From positions 97,384-161,383 of the forward strand of contig DATCTV010000027.1 of assembly GCA_036567785.1 (NCBI GenBank): a stretch of 64,000 nucleotides of DNA, read 5' to 3'. A model generated the notes under the pieces. The model was not told the origin of the DNA, did no database searches, and was given only the letters and a program-made list of their open reading frames with translations. Positions 29,388-42,400 of this stretch are shown in pieces. The position numbers were made by a program, and so were the translations under genes. The stretch comes from Desulfomonilia bacterium (lineage in GTDB: Bacteria; Desulfobacterota; Desulfomonilia; UBA1062). The first letter of the stretch is position 1; each line of letters starts with the position of its first letter.

Positions 29388-30713
29388 ATGGCAAGGATTA
29401 AAATGAGCAGGCAGGACAAGTTCACGCTGGTCATGCTTTTCTTCATGACTACTATACTCTACGCCGATCAGCTTATCATCAACGCTATAATCCCTCAGCT
29501 TTCGGCTGAATACCACGTGAATGAAAGCAAGGTCGGAATGGTCGGCTCCGCATTCATCATTGTGGGAGTCATCATGAGCCTGACCTTCGGATACTTTGCC
29601 GACAAGGCTTCCAGAAAAGCGCTTTTCATCATCGCAATCCTAGTGGGAGAAGTCCCATGCGTCCTGACAGGAATAAAATATTTCACCCCGGACTTCACGA
29701 GCTTCGTAGCAATGAGGATATTATCCGGAATAGGCCTGGGAGCGATTTACCCGCTTTCCCATTCGATACTCTCCGATTACTTCAAGGAAGACCATCGAGC
29801 GGCTGCATCGGCCTGGATGGGGACGGCCTGGTCGGTCGGAGGGCTTCTCGGGGTAAATATTGCAGGATTTTTTACAAATGCGGAATGGAACACCCTGGGG
29901 TGGAGATTGTCGTTCATCATTATTGGTGTGCCGAATATACCGGTTGCACTTTTGTTCTGGGCCTTTGCCAGGGAGCCGGAACGCGGGAGGACGGAAGACG
30001 CCCTGGAAGAACTTATCCGTGATGGTAAGGTTTACAAACAGACCATAGGGTTGAAGGATTTCAAGACCATTTTCACGAATAAGACCAATATATTCACTTT
30101 GATCCAGGGCATTCCAGGCACTATCCCATGGGGCGTGCTCACTTTCTGGTTCATTGCATATTTCGAGGCATACCGGAAACTTTCCAAGGAATCGGCAACT
30201 CTTATGTTCGATGTTCTGGGAGGTGGGACGCTTGTCGGAACAATCGTATTTGCATATATAGGGGAGCGTCTTTACAGAAAGGATCCGAAATATATGCCTA
30301 TATTGTGTGGAACGGGGATCATCTTCGGGATAATACCATCGGCAATCCTGATCAATATGCCGAACTCCAACATGACCCTTTATATGATCCTTGGGTTTCT
30401 GACCGGATTTTTCGTATCTGTGGCAGGGGCCAACTATAAAGCGATCCTCATGAATGTCAACAAACCTGAGAACAGGGGCAGCGTGTTTGCGGTGTCAAAC
30501 CTTACGGATAACATCGGCATGGGTCTTGGACCTCTGGTGGGAGCTCTGCTTCTGCCTTATGGCTATCAGCTGATGGTCAATTTTGCGATCGTATGGTGGT
30601 TGCCATGCGGACTCCTTTTCCTGCTCGTATCGAAGTTCATCGATAAAGACAGGCTTGCCTTAAGGGCTTATCTTGATGAAAAAGCAAGGGCACTTCAAGA
30701 AGGAAAAGAATAG
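29388..30713 (+). CDS. MFS transporter (Spinster-like), paralog 2
   Basis: Tandem paralog of 27919..29322. The same blocks are retained (TTILYADQ, GAIMSLTFGY, ILSGIGLGA, MNVNKPENRGSVFAVSN). Confidence 0.8.
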   Translation: MARIKMSRQDKFTLVMLFFMTTILYADQLIINAIIPQLSAEYHVNESKVGMVGSAFIIVGVIMSLTFGYFADKASRKALFIIAILVGEVPCVLTGIKYFTPDFTSFVAMRILSGIGLGAIYPLSHSILSDYFKEDHRAAASAWMGTAWSVGGLLGVNIAGFFTNAEWNTLGWRLSFIIIGVPNIPVALLFWAFAREPERGRTEDALEELIRDGKVYKQTIGLKDFKTIFTNKTNIFTLIQGIPGTIPWGVLTFWFIAYFEAYRKLSKESATLMFDVLGGGTLVGTIVFAYIGERLYRKDPKYMPILCGTGIIFGIIPSAILINMPNSNMTLYMILGFLTGFFVSVAGANYKAILMNVNKPENRGSVFAVSNLTDNIGMGLGPLVGALLLPYGYQLMVNFAIVWWLPCGLLFLLVSKFIDKDRLALRAYLDEKARALQEGKE

Positions 30714-30753
30714 TAAACATACAAGTTTGATTTATCTGCAGCAGTGTATGTAA

Positions 30754-31407
30754 TTAGCGAGATCTGCTTACAGAAATCTTTTCACAAAATGAAGCTATCC
30801 TGCATTTCGAGCAAAACGGGCTTACTGGCATGCATAGATTCTGGCCATAGGGTACAAGCAGGTTGTTTATTTCCTTCCAGTATTTTCTAGGCAGTTTCTC
30901 TCTTAAGGCCATTTCGGTTTCATCGGGATTTTTTGTTTTAACATAGCCCCAACGATTGGTGATTCTGTGGACGTGGGTGTCCACACAAATTCCCATTTTA
31001 TCGAACCCGAGAATCAATACGAGATTTGCTGTTTTCCTTCCTACGCCAGGCAGTTTCAAGAGTTCGTCAAGGGTATCCGGCACCTTGCCATGATACCTGT
31101 CCGTAATTATTCCGGAGGCCTCAATAATGTTTTTTGCTTTTGTATGGTAAAAACCGACCGGGAATATGGCTTTTTCAATTTCTGCGATAGACAACTTGAT
31201 CATCTTATCCGGTCTGTCGGCAATTAAGAAAAGCTTCCTGCTGGCTGCATCCGTTGTAGAGTCTTTTGTCCTGAGGCTCAGTATCGTCGATATAAGAACT
31301 TTGTATGGTTCATGTTCTCTGGCTATTCTGCCGACTATCGGCTCCTGCCATGCCGATACCATTCTTCTGAGAATGTTGAAGGCCTTGCCTATATTAATAT
31401 TGTCCAT
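30754..31407 (-). CDS. nth: Endonuclease III (HhH-GPD DNA glycosylase with [4Fe-4S])
   Basis: HhH motif LPGVGRKTANLVL, a catalytic K/D region, and C-terminal Cx6Cx2Cx5C (CMPVSPFCSKCRIASFC). The ATG at 31407 (MDNINIGKAF) is preferred over 31503. Confidence 0.85.
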   Translation of the reverse strand: MDNINIGKAFNILRRMVSAWQEPIVGRIAREHEPYKVLISTILSLRTKDSTTDAASRKLFLIADRPDKMIKLSIAEIEKAIFPVGFYHTKAKNIIEASGIITDRYHGKVPDTLDELLKLPGVGRKTANLVLILGFDKMGICVDTHVHRITNRWGYVKTKNPDETEMALREKLPRKYWKEINNLLVPYGQNLCMPVSPFCSKCRIASFCEKISVSRSR

Positions 31408-31542
31408 AAAAATCTTTTTACAGATATTCCAATTTCTGCTCAATCGATTATATTGTTTCCCGGGTGAAATTAAATTCAGAGACTGAGGAAAAAATTTCCG
31501 CATTAATCCTGAATTAAGTTAATTTGAACACCTTTAACCTTA

Positions 31543-31566
31543 GTAACTATATGATAATATAGTTAC
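31543..31566. promoter_or_regulatory. Perfect 10-bp palindrome GTAACTATAT-gata-ATATAGTTAC in the nth/NRPS divergent promoter region (candidate operator)
   Basis: Read directly. It lies 29 bp upstream of the GTG at 31595 and 95 bp upstream of the ATG at 31661, and 14 bp downstream of a -35-like TTGAAC (31524-31529). Confidence 0.6.
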
Positions 31567-31660
31567 ATTTTAATATTGATTATAGGCATAGTTCGTGCAA
31601 ATAAATATTGTTGATGTTATACAATATTTTAAATACTGGGATTCACGGGGGACACGATTG

Positions 31661-33400
31661 ATGGAATACATACATTCAAGAGATTCAATAAGTAGAGGAC
31701 CGGAACTCAATATCCTTCCTTATTTTGCCAGGACGCTGCCCGAGCTTCTAAGAAATTCCATAGTCGTAGGTCCGGACAGGGGTGTGATCTTTGTTGATGC
31801 AGATGGAACTGAAACAAAGCTATCATATAAAAATCTGCTCGAAGACGCATCAAAGGTTTTAACCGGTCTTAGATTGAACGGTTTAGAGCCCGAAGACAAG
31901 GTTGTTTTACAGATTGAAAATGACAGGCTCTTCCTGACAGTTTTCTGGGGAGTTGTTCTGGGAGGCGGCATCCCGGTGCCTCTTGCTCTCCCGAACAGTT
32001 TTCCAATAAGCGAAGGCTCGGAAAAAGTTGCAAATGTATGTGCTCTTATCGGGGATCCCTTTATTGTAACGGACAAAGCTCCTTCAGAATATAAAGATAT
32101 TGTTTCAAGGTCCGTATTGCTGGCAGATGAGTTGACGGTAAACATTCCCGCACAGGATTATCATAATCCGGACCCTGATGATATTGCTTATATACAGTTC
32201 TCTTCGGGATCAACAGGCGATGCCAAAGGTGTAACCCTTACACACAGGAACATACTTACCAACATATATGCGATACTCGAGGCCTCTACCAACCAGGAGC
32301 AGCTCGCTTTACGAGACGAACTCTTAAGCCATCCTTTAAAAGAATATAACATCCCATACAGTGTGTGCAGCTGGTTGCCATATTCGCACGATATGGGGTT
32401 GATCGGATTCCATCTTACACCTATGGCAGGAAGCATGCTTCAGATAAAAATGTCGACCACGACCTTTGTAATCAATCCGACATTAAATCTTATCCTGATA
32501 GATAAGTACAGAGTAACGCAGATACCGAGCCCTAATTTCGGTCTTCTCTGGATGCTTTACATGATTAAGGACGAAAGCATAAAGGGAATTGACCTGTCGT
32601 GTATCGAGGTCCTTTTTAACGGGGCAGAGCCGATATCGCCTCTTGCCGTAAGACTGTTTATCGACCGATTCAGACAATATGGTTTTAATCCGAAAGCCAT
32701 GTTTCCTGTATACGGTATGGCAGAAGCAGCACTTATGGTTACCGCGCCACCTATGGGCACGGATATTCTGTATCATATGCTGGACAGGGAATCATTTACA
32801 AAAGAACATGTTGCGATTGAGGCAAAAGCGGATCTTCCTGTTATTGAATTTGTTGATGAAGGTTATCCTGCTATGGGAATGGAGCTGAGAATTGTCGATA
32901 ATGAAGATAATGTGGTCAAGGAGGGGACTGTCGGCCATATACAGATCAAGGGGCCGAATGTAACGAGCGGTTATTATAAAAAAGAAGAATTGAATTCGGA
33001 GCTCTTCTGCGACGGGTGGCTGAGGACAGGCGATCTCGGTTTTCTGCTTAACGGAAGACTGACTGTTACAGGACGACATAAGGATGTCATATTTGTGAAT
33101 GGTCAGAATTATTATTCGCATGACATTGAAGAAGAGCTTCAGCAGCTGCCTTTTGTCGGCTTTAAAAACATGGTGGTCTGTGGTGTGACCGATCATTCCA
33201 GAGGCACCGAGAGCATTGTGCTTTTCATCAAGACTAAAAAATCCAAAGAAAGCCTTATCGAATTGCTTGGAAAAATTAACAAACATCTTGCGAACAAGAT
33301 AAGGGTTGGCATTGAATCCATTGTCCCGATGCATGATATACCAAGAACCACAAGCGGCAAGGCCCAGAGATTTATACTCAGGGAGAGATATGAAGCCGGT
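31661..33400 (+). other. FAAL domain 1 (approximate bounds), not followed by a carrier domain
   Basis: The adenylate-forming motifs are intact, including the A10 Lys. A linker of about 60 aa with no GxDS(L/I) carrier motif follows before FAAL domain 2. Confidence 0.7.
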
Positions 33401-36400
33401 GACTTCAGGGACAGAGAGGCAAAAAGGCTTGAACCGAACATTTACAATGAAAATGTCCCCAAGGTTGTGCAACCGCCATTAAAAAGAGAAGGGGTATCAG
33501 CCAGAAAGAAGGATTTAAACCTAAACGGTTTGATAAATGACCTTCCTTTTGCAATAGCTGAATCAAAAGTCCACCAGTTTCTTCCCCAGGTCGTAAAGAA
33601 TCTGCCACAGGTATTGAGGATCGCATGCACTATAGCACCGGATTCAGGTATCCTGCATGTCGATGAAAATGGTAATGAGCACCTTCAGACATATGCAAGC
33701 CTTATGAACTCGGCCGAGAAAGTTCTACGGGGATTAAGGGCCCATGGATATAAACCTGGAGATCAGGCCATCCTGCAAATCGAGAATTCCGACGAATTTC
33801 TTGTAGCCTTCTGGGGAATAATCCTTGCAGGAGTAATACCGGTTCCTTTACCTATCCCTGGGACATTCCCCATCAGTGAGGGTATGGAGAGGATAACAAA
33901 AGTTTGCGGCGTACTGGATAAGTTCTGTATAATTTCGGACCAGCCTGAAAGGTCTTACCGCTCTCTTGGAAAAGTCGATTTTCTGAGTATCGAAGAACTG
34001 CTTACATATGAACCTGACAAGAATCACCACAATCCGGATACTGACGATGTCGCATATCTCCAGTTCTCTTCAGGCTCTACAGGCGATCCGAAGGGCGTAA
34101 TGCTGACACATTACAATCTTATATATACTATAGATGCCTCGGCGAAATGCATGTTTGATGTCAGAGGAAACGATATAAGGCCGACTCTCGGATATGGTAT
34201 CCACATATTGAAGCATAAATTTGGCAGAAACAAAGGTGTCGGCGGTTTTGCAAAACTTCTGAATAAGATATCCATGAGCGGTCTGGGTGAAAAAATAAGC
34301 TCATCAAAATATGGCAAATATATTCTTGATACGGCGCTCATATTCAGCGGCATCAAGGTTTCCGCATATACGGATATGCGGATAGATGAGATAAAGATCG
34401 TAAACTGGATGCCTTATTCCCATGACATGGGGCTTATCGGCTTCCACCTTGCCCCTACCATGGGAGGAATGGACCAGATTAAGCTTGAACCGAAGACTTT
34501 TATTCAGAAACCCGCACTTTTCTTGAAACTGATTGACAAATACAGGGGAACACACGTTCCGTGCCCTAATTTTGCTGCTCAGTGGCTGACAACGCAGGTG
34601 GATGACGATGACATAAAGGGTATAGACCTTTCATGCATAAAGTCTCTAACGAATGGTTCCGAACCGATTTCACCGCTGGTTTCAAGGGATTTTATAAAAA
34701 AATACGAAAAATTCGGACTGGATTCCAGGTCGATGTTCATGTGCTATGGCATGGCTGAGGCATCACTTCAGGTAACTGCCCCGCCGGTATTTACTGAACC
34801 TGTTTTCCATAAAGCGGATAAGGATGTCTTTTTAAAGGATCAGATAATACTTCCAACAGTTTCTGATGAAGACAGTATTGAACTTACAGATGTAGGTGGA
34901 CCTGTTGCGGGTATGAAAATAAGGATTGTCGATGACAACGATAATCTTGTCCATGAATTCACGATTGGACATATCCAGATTCAGGGCCCGAATGTTGTCA
35001 AGGGCTATTACAACAATGAAGCGGCCAATAAGGACCTGTTCTGCGGAGAGTGGCTCCGTACAGGCGACATGGGTTTTATGAAAAACGGCCGGATAACAAT
35101 AACAGGAAGACGCAAGGATATAATTTTCGTCAACGGTCAGAACCTGTATGCCCATGATATCGAGGAACAGATTAGACGTGTTCCGGGTATGGCATTCCGT
35201 GAATTTGCGATTGCAGGCCTCAGAGATCTGGACAGTGACAGCGAAAAGATCATTTTTTTCATCAATACAGCAGAGTCAATAACATCCCTTTCATCTCTTC
35301 TCTCCAGAATAAACGAAAATCTTGTATCAACGATCGGTATCAAACTTGATTTCATAGTGCCTGTTCCAGAAATACCCAGGACGCCAAGTGCGAAGGTCAA
35401 ACGCTACAGTCTCAGGGAACAGTTCGAAAAGGGCATGTATGAAACCGTTGTATCGGTAAATGATATCGGCGAAGTACTCGCTGCTTCAAGAGACGAAAAG
35501 GGATTTGAACTTACAGCGGTTGAGCAGCGTATTATCGAGATATGGAGGGATGTCCTTGGTATAGATGCAATATCAAAATTCGATAACTTTTTCGATCTCG
35601 GAGGCAATTCCCTTCGTGCTACGAAAGTCACTTCGAGACTTAGAGAGGAATTCAGTATTGAACTCGGATTAAAGGTCATCTTCGAACATCAGACGGTTGA
35701 AACGCTTGCAGAAGCAGTTGAATCTTTGACTCGGACGGAGAGGGAGAAGTTTCCCGAGATCAAACGCCTGGAAAAGGCAGAATATTACGAACTGTCTCAT
35801 GCCCAGAAAAGGCTTTGGCTGCTTGATAAAGTTGTTCCAGACAGCCCCTTCTACAACATTCCCGGAGCGGTCCTGATTGACGGTGTTGAACTTGATTTTG
35901 CTGTACTTAGGGATTCGCTTCAGGCCGTCGCTGACCGGCATGAAACGCTGAGAACGGTTTTCGTGACCGTTAATGACGAGCCGGTACAGGTTGTAAATGA
36001 TTCATTCAAAGTTGAAATGCCGGTGTACGACCTGAGACATGAAGAGGGTAAGGAAGAAAGGCTTCAGGCAATAATATCTGAAGAAAAAGTAAGGCCTTTT
36101 GATCTGGAAAAAGGCCCGCTGTTCAGGGTTATGATTATAAGGCTTTCAGAAACGAAGAATGTGTTCATGATAGTAATGAACCATATCATCTCGGACGGAT
36201 GGTCCATGTCGATACTTGTCCAGGAGGTTATCGGAAATTATCTGGCGCTGAATTCAAAGTCACCGTCACCCTATTCCGAATTGCCCGTACAATACAGGGA
36301 CTTTGCCTTCTGGCAGAACAGACTGCTGGAGGGTGAGGGCATAAAAGTACAGGAAAAATACTGGCTTGAAAATCTGTCCGGAAAGCTGCCCTTGCTTAAT

Positions 36401-39400
36401 CTGCCCACAGACAGGCCCAGACCCGCCATCCAGACTCAGAATGCGGGTACGGCAAGAATAAAGATTGATCAGAAGACTTTAAACGGCATCAAGGAGCTTG
36501 CAAGAAAAGAAGACGTGACAATGTTCATGCTTACCCTGGCCCTTTTCGATGTAATGCTTTCAAAACTTTCAGGCCAGGAGGATATTATAATTGGTGCACC
36601 TATTGCCGGCCGCAACAATTCCCAGATCGAACCTCTGATAGGATTCTTTGTGAATGTTCTGCCCATGAGGATTGACCTTTCCGGGAACCCTGATCTTTCA
36701 GAGCTTCTGAAACGCGTTAAGAAAACAGCAATTGGCGCCTATGCAAACCAGGAGTACCCGTTTGACAGGCTCGTTGAAGTTCTTAACCCGGTGAGGGATC
36801 TCAGCAGGACTCCAATCTTCGATATCACGTTCGAATTCCGCGAGGCATCGGCAAATCCGTTTGCCGGTTCCGGGATATCGGGAATAACAATAAAGGATGT
36901 TACGGGAGACGATCCGAATTCGAGGTTCGACATGAGCGTCACCGGTTATGAGGAGCCTGACGGAATAACGATGCGCTTCGAATATAATGCCGATCTGTTC
37001 AAAAGAGAGACCATCGAACGCTTCATGGAATACTATAAGCATATAATTGAAGATGTGCTTATGAATCCTGAGAAGCGCATTGCTGACATAGAAATGCTCT
37101 CCTCTTCCGAGAAAACACGGATTCTAAAGGAATTCAACGAATCCGCATTTCCCGTACCAGAGGGTGAGACAATGCCTTCGATCATCTCTGCGAAGGTAAG
37201 GGAATTCTCTGATCGTCCTGCAATTATTTTTAAAGATGAGGAAATAACATATGCCGGCGTTGATATTTTATCAAACAGGGTTGCGACATTTCTTATAAGC
37301 AAAGGTGTTGCACCAGGTGACATGGTGGCCATACTTTCAAACAGATGTCCCGAAATGATCATAGCGTGTCTGGGTATCTGGAAAGCAGGTGCGGCCTATG
37401 TGCCCATTGACCCTGATTATCCTTCTGAAAGAATCCGGCTGATGATTGAAGATTCAGGTGCAAAGGTATTGTTCCTGCAGAGAGATCTTTTAAACATGAT
37501 ACCTGAATGCGGTATCGTAACAGCAGCTCTGGACAAGGGATCAGAAGTCTGGCAGTCATCAGGCAACGCCCCCGATATTCATATCAAGCCTGATATGCTT
37601 GCTTATATAATCTATACTTCCGGTTCTACGGGCAGACCTAAAGGAACCATGATACCGCATAAGAATGTAATCAATTTTGCATTGTGGTACAGCCGGTTTT
37701 TCAATTTCACTGAACATGACAGAGGCACCAATCTTTCCGGTGTTGCATTTGATGCAACCGTTCTTGAAATATGGCCTTGTCTTGCATCCGGTGCCTGTAT
37801 TGTATCACTGGACCGCCGTCTCGGAGAAATGATGCCGGAAGAGCTTGCACAATGGATGATAGACAAGAAAGTCACCAAGACTTTCATCCCGACAAAGCTT
37901 GCAGAAATATTTGTGGGTATGGATTTTGAAGGGCTTTCACTGAATCTTATGACTACCGGCGGAGACAGATTGAGCTTTGTGCCGAGACATCCTTCATATG
38001 CCTTATTCAATGTGTATGGTCCGACCGAAACAACGGTTCTGTCGACCTATATGGATATCAGCAGATGGAACAATGAGGACGGCAATCCGCCTATCGGCCG
38101 TCCGACAGGCAATACACTGATATACATTCTGGACAAATACCTTAAACCGGTTCCGGTTGGTGTAGTCGGACAGATATACATCGGCGGAGCAGGCGTGGGC
38201 AGAGGGTATTTTAACGATCCCGAAAAGACAGCAAAGTCTTTCATCCCTGACCCGTTCAAAGGGGGGGAAGCCAGGATGTATGCATCAGGCGACCTCGGCA
38301 GATGGCTGCCGGATGGTAATATAGATTTCATAGGACGTTCTGATTTCCAGATCGAGATAAGGGGCTACAGGGTTGAGATGGGAGAGATAGAAGCGGTCCT
38401 GTCATCACATGAGCAAATCAGGGAATGTGTTGTCATCGACAAGAAGGATTCGGAGGACCAGATAAGGCTTGCTGCCTTCTATCTGGCCGAATCTCCTTTG
38501 TCCAATGAGGAGTTACATTCATATCTGAAGATTTACCTGCCTCATTATATGATACCTTCTCAGTTCATATACCTGGAAAGCCTCCCGATGACGCCGAACG
38601 GAAAACTGGACCGTGAAGCCCTTATCAGAATGGTCACACTTGAAGCAAGCCAGACTGAATATATTGAACCTCGTACAGAGACCGAGCGCCTTCTCGTTGA
38701 TATCTGGAAGGACATACTGAATGTCGAGCGCATAGGGGTCATGGATAATTTCTTTGACCTAGGCGGCCATTCGTTGAAAGCCACTCGTGTAATGTCGCGC
38801 ATAAAAAGTTCACTTAATGTCGATGTACCTTTGAGGGTTATGTTTGAACAGCCGACAATCAGAGATCTGGCTCTGGCAATTCAAGGAATGAAATCGGGAG
38901 AATCAGTTTCATCGGATATCCCGGTACTTGAAAAAAGGGATTATTACGAGATATCAAATGCACAGAAGCGGTTATGGTTCCTCGACAAACTTATACTTGA
39001 TCCTTCCTCATACAATGTACATGCGGATGTACTCCTGGAAGGAAAACTTGATACCGATGTCTTAAGAAAAGCTTTTCAGGCGGTTGTTGATCGTCAGGAA
39101 GGACTCAGGACTACATTCTCAACGGTTAACGGAAGACCTGTCCAGGTAATAACAGACAGGCTTGAAGTCGAGATGCCCGTTGTTGATATGACAGGTAAAA
39201 GCGAGGATGGGCCCGAGGTTAAACTCGTTATTGATCTGGAAGGCGCCTATCATTTCAATCTCGAAAAGGGCCCGCTTTTCAGGATCAAGATGCTGAAGCT
39301 GGGTGATGACAAACATATTCTCATGCTCACAATGCACCATATAATTTCTGACGGATGGTCGCTCGGCATACTCCTAAGGGAGGTTGCTGCGGAATATGCG

Positions 39401-42400
39401 GCTTTCATCAATAATGCCGAATCGGTGCTCCCGCCTCTCAAGATACAGTATCGCGATTTTTCCGCATGGCAGAAAAGCCTGCTGGAAAACGGCTTATTAA
39501 AAGACCAGGAAGATTACTGGGTGAAAAAACTGGGAGGGCCGCTGCCTTTCCTTGACCTTCCTGTTGACCGCCCGAGGCCTCCTATACAGACAAACAACGG
39601 TGCCGTTCATACGATAAAGCTTGATGAGACACTTACTCAAAATCTCAGAAATTGTGCAAAAACTCAGGATATAACTCTGTTCATGCTTCTTCTTTCATCT
39701 TTCGGGGTATTGCTGAGCAAATTGAGTCAGCAGCAGGATATAATAGTCGGTTCGCCGATAGCCGGACGGAATCATCACGATCTGGAAGAGCTTATCGGAT
39801 TTTTCATCAATACACTGGCGCTTCGCATGGATATGTCCGGCGATCCGGAATTTAACAAACTGCTTGCCCAGGTGAAACAGACCTGCCTTGATGCCTATGC
39901 AAACCAGGACTATCCGTTCGACCGTCTTATAGACATCCTTAATCCTACTCGTGATACCAGCGCCACGCCTGTTTTCAACGTCATGTTTGTCCTTGAGAAT
40001 GCAACTGATGACCTGAGCGAGGCAAGACTGGGAGATCTGAGGTTTAAGAACATTACACATGATCGTGGCGTAGCAAAATTCGATATAACCCTGATTGCTT
40101 CAGAAGAAGCAGGTCTGATAAAGATGCAGTTCGAGTACAACACTGACCTGTTCAATAAGGAAACTATCGAGAGATTCGGCAATTTCTATGTCAAACTGCT
40201 CAATGAGATATCGGCTGATCCAACAAAGAAACTGAGCGCCCTGGACATTCTTGACGGTGCCGAGCTCAATAAAATCCTTGTGGAATTCAATGCTACTGAT
40301 TCATTTTATCCGAAAGACAAATGTCCATATGACCTCTTCGAAGAACAGGTAAACAAGACTCCCGATAAGACGGCCGTTGTATTCGAAGGCAAGGAGCTTA
40401 CCTACCGCGAGCTCAATGAGAAATCAAACATGCTTGCGCGGTATCTGCGTGCCAGGGGTGTGGAGAAAGAAGTAAAGGTGGGTCTTCTTGTCGAACGTTC
40501 AGATGACATAATCACGAGCGTTCTTGCCGTTCACAAGGCGGGTGGTGCCTATGTGCCGATGGATCCTGCATATCCTAAGGCCAGACTCGAATATATGCTG
40601 GAGGATTCAAAGAGCCCTGTTCTGATTACTCAGAGCCATCTGCTGGAAAGGATTGCCAACTGTCCGGCAACCGCCGTATGCCTTGATACTGACTGGCCGG
40701 AAATTTCAACAGAGAGCGGAGATAATCTGGAGCCTGTCGCAGGTCCGGAAAATATTTCGCATCTAATATACACATCCGGTTCAACCGGACTTCCTAAAGG
40801 TGTCATGATTGAACACCGCAATGTAACCGCCTTTTTATACTGGTGCCTTGAGGAATTCAGCTTCGATGAATATGAGGAGATGATATTCTCAACCTCGATG
40901 TGTTTCGATCTATCTGTCTTTGAAATGCTTCTGCCTTTGATAACAGGGGCAAAGGTCATTGTGCTCAGAAGTTCGCTTGACCTTGATGATTATTTCAGTT
41001 CAGGCAATACCGCCACTATGGTTAATACCGTTCCTTCCGCCCTTAAACACCTCTTGAACATAGCAGGAAGAAAGCACAGGATAAAGGCTGTAAATCTTGC
41101 AGGAGAGCCTCTCAAGCTTGATCTGGTCAAAGAGGCATATTCCAAACTTGACGTTGATATGGTTCGAAATCTTTACGGACCGACTGAGGACACCACATAT
41201 TCGACAAATTTCCGTGTTAACAGGAATTTCAACAGGCAGCCGCTCATAGGAAGGCCCATTTCAAACACGAAGGCATATATACTCGATAAGCATATGAAGC
41301 CGGTACCCATTGGCGTCAAAGGAGAAATATATCTCTCCGGCCACGACCTTGCCAGGGGGTACTGGAATGCCCCGGAAAAAACCGCGCAACGCTTTATCCC
41401 CAATCCATTCAGCAGCGAGTTCTGTCCTTATATCTACAAGACTGGAGACCTGGGAAGCTGGCTGCCTGACGGCAATATTGAATTTCACGGACGTGTAGAT
41501 TACCAGGTGAAAATCAGAGGCAACCGCATCGAAATGGGTGAGATCGAAACGCGGCTTTCAGAACACCCTTCGATAACCGATGCTGTGGTTATTGACAAGG
41601 ACGATGCGGAAGGGAACAAGTACCTGGCAGCCTATTATGTGGCTGACGAAGATATATCGGTCACTGATCTGCGCGCCTATCTGAAAGAATCGCTTCCCGA
41701 CTATATGATTCCTTCACGTTTTATCTTCATGGAGAGTCTGCCGTTGACTCCGAACGGAAAAGTCGACCGTAATGCATTGCCTGAGCCCGAAGGCCTCCGG
41801 CCATCGGTCGAATCAGAATATGTTGCGCCAAGGGATGAGATTGAAAAGATACTGGCTGAAATATGGCAGGAGATCCTGGGAATCGAGAAGGTCGGAATCT
41901 TTGATAATTTCTTCGAACTCGGCGGCGATTCCATAATAAGCCTCCAGGTGGTCAACCGTCTGAATCAACACGGTTACAGGCTGCATCCGAAGGATATACT
42001 TCAAAGACAGACAATAGCTGAACTTTCGAGTGCTGTGGTCGCCATCGAAACCGCTTCTGCCGAGCAAGCGCCAGTAAGCGGTGTTTCACCTCTCACACCT
42101 ATCCAGCACTGGTTCTTCAATCAGAATCCTGAAAATGAAAACCATTACAATCAGGCCCTGCTATTTGTGTCGAAGGACCGCCTTAACGGGGGCGACATAC
42201 TCCATAAGGCCCTGCAGGGAATATTGGATCACCATGATGTTCTGCGTTCCCGTTTTATTGATGGTGAACAGAGAATAGAGGGCCTTGGTGAAAAAGTGAA
42301 CTTTATTACAAAAAAGATTGATTCCGAAGACGTTCTGGATGAAGAGATCGATAAAGTTCAATCTTCACTGAACATCAAAGAGGGCCCTGTATTCCGTGCG

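Noticed and set aside
31595-31660. GTG start at 31595 for NRPS 1, giving a 22-aa N-terminal extension
   Set aside because: No ribosome-binding site precedes it. The ATG at 31661 has a GGGGGA ribosome-binding site and begins a typical FAAL N-terminus. Both are reported, and the ATG is preferred.
32792-33472. 226-aa ORF on the minus strand inside NRPS 1, together with about 60 other minus-strand ORFs of 60-150 aa across 31.6-60 kb
   Set aside because: These lie antisense to a continuous, motif-validated NRPS reading frame. Long genes of this composition always throw off such shadow ORFs.
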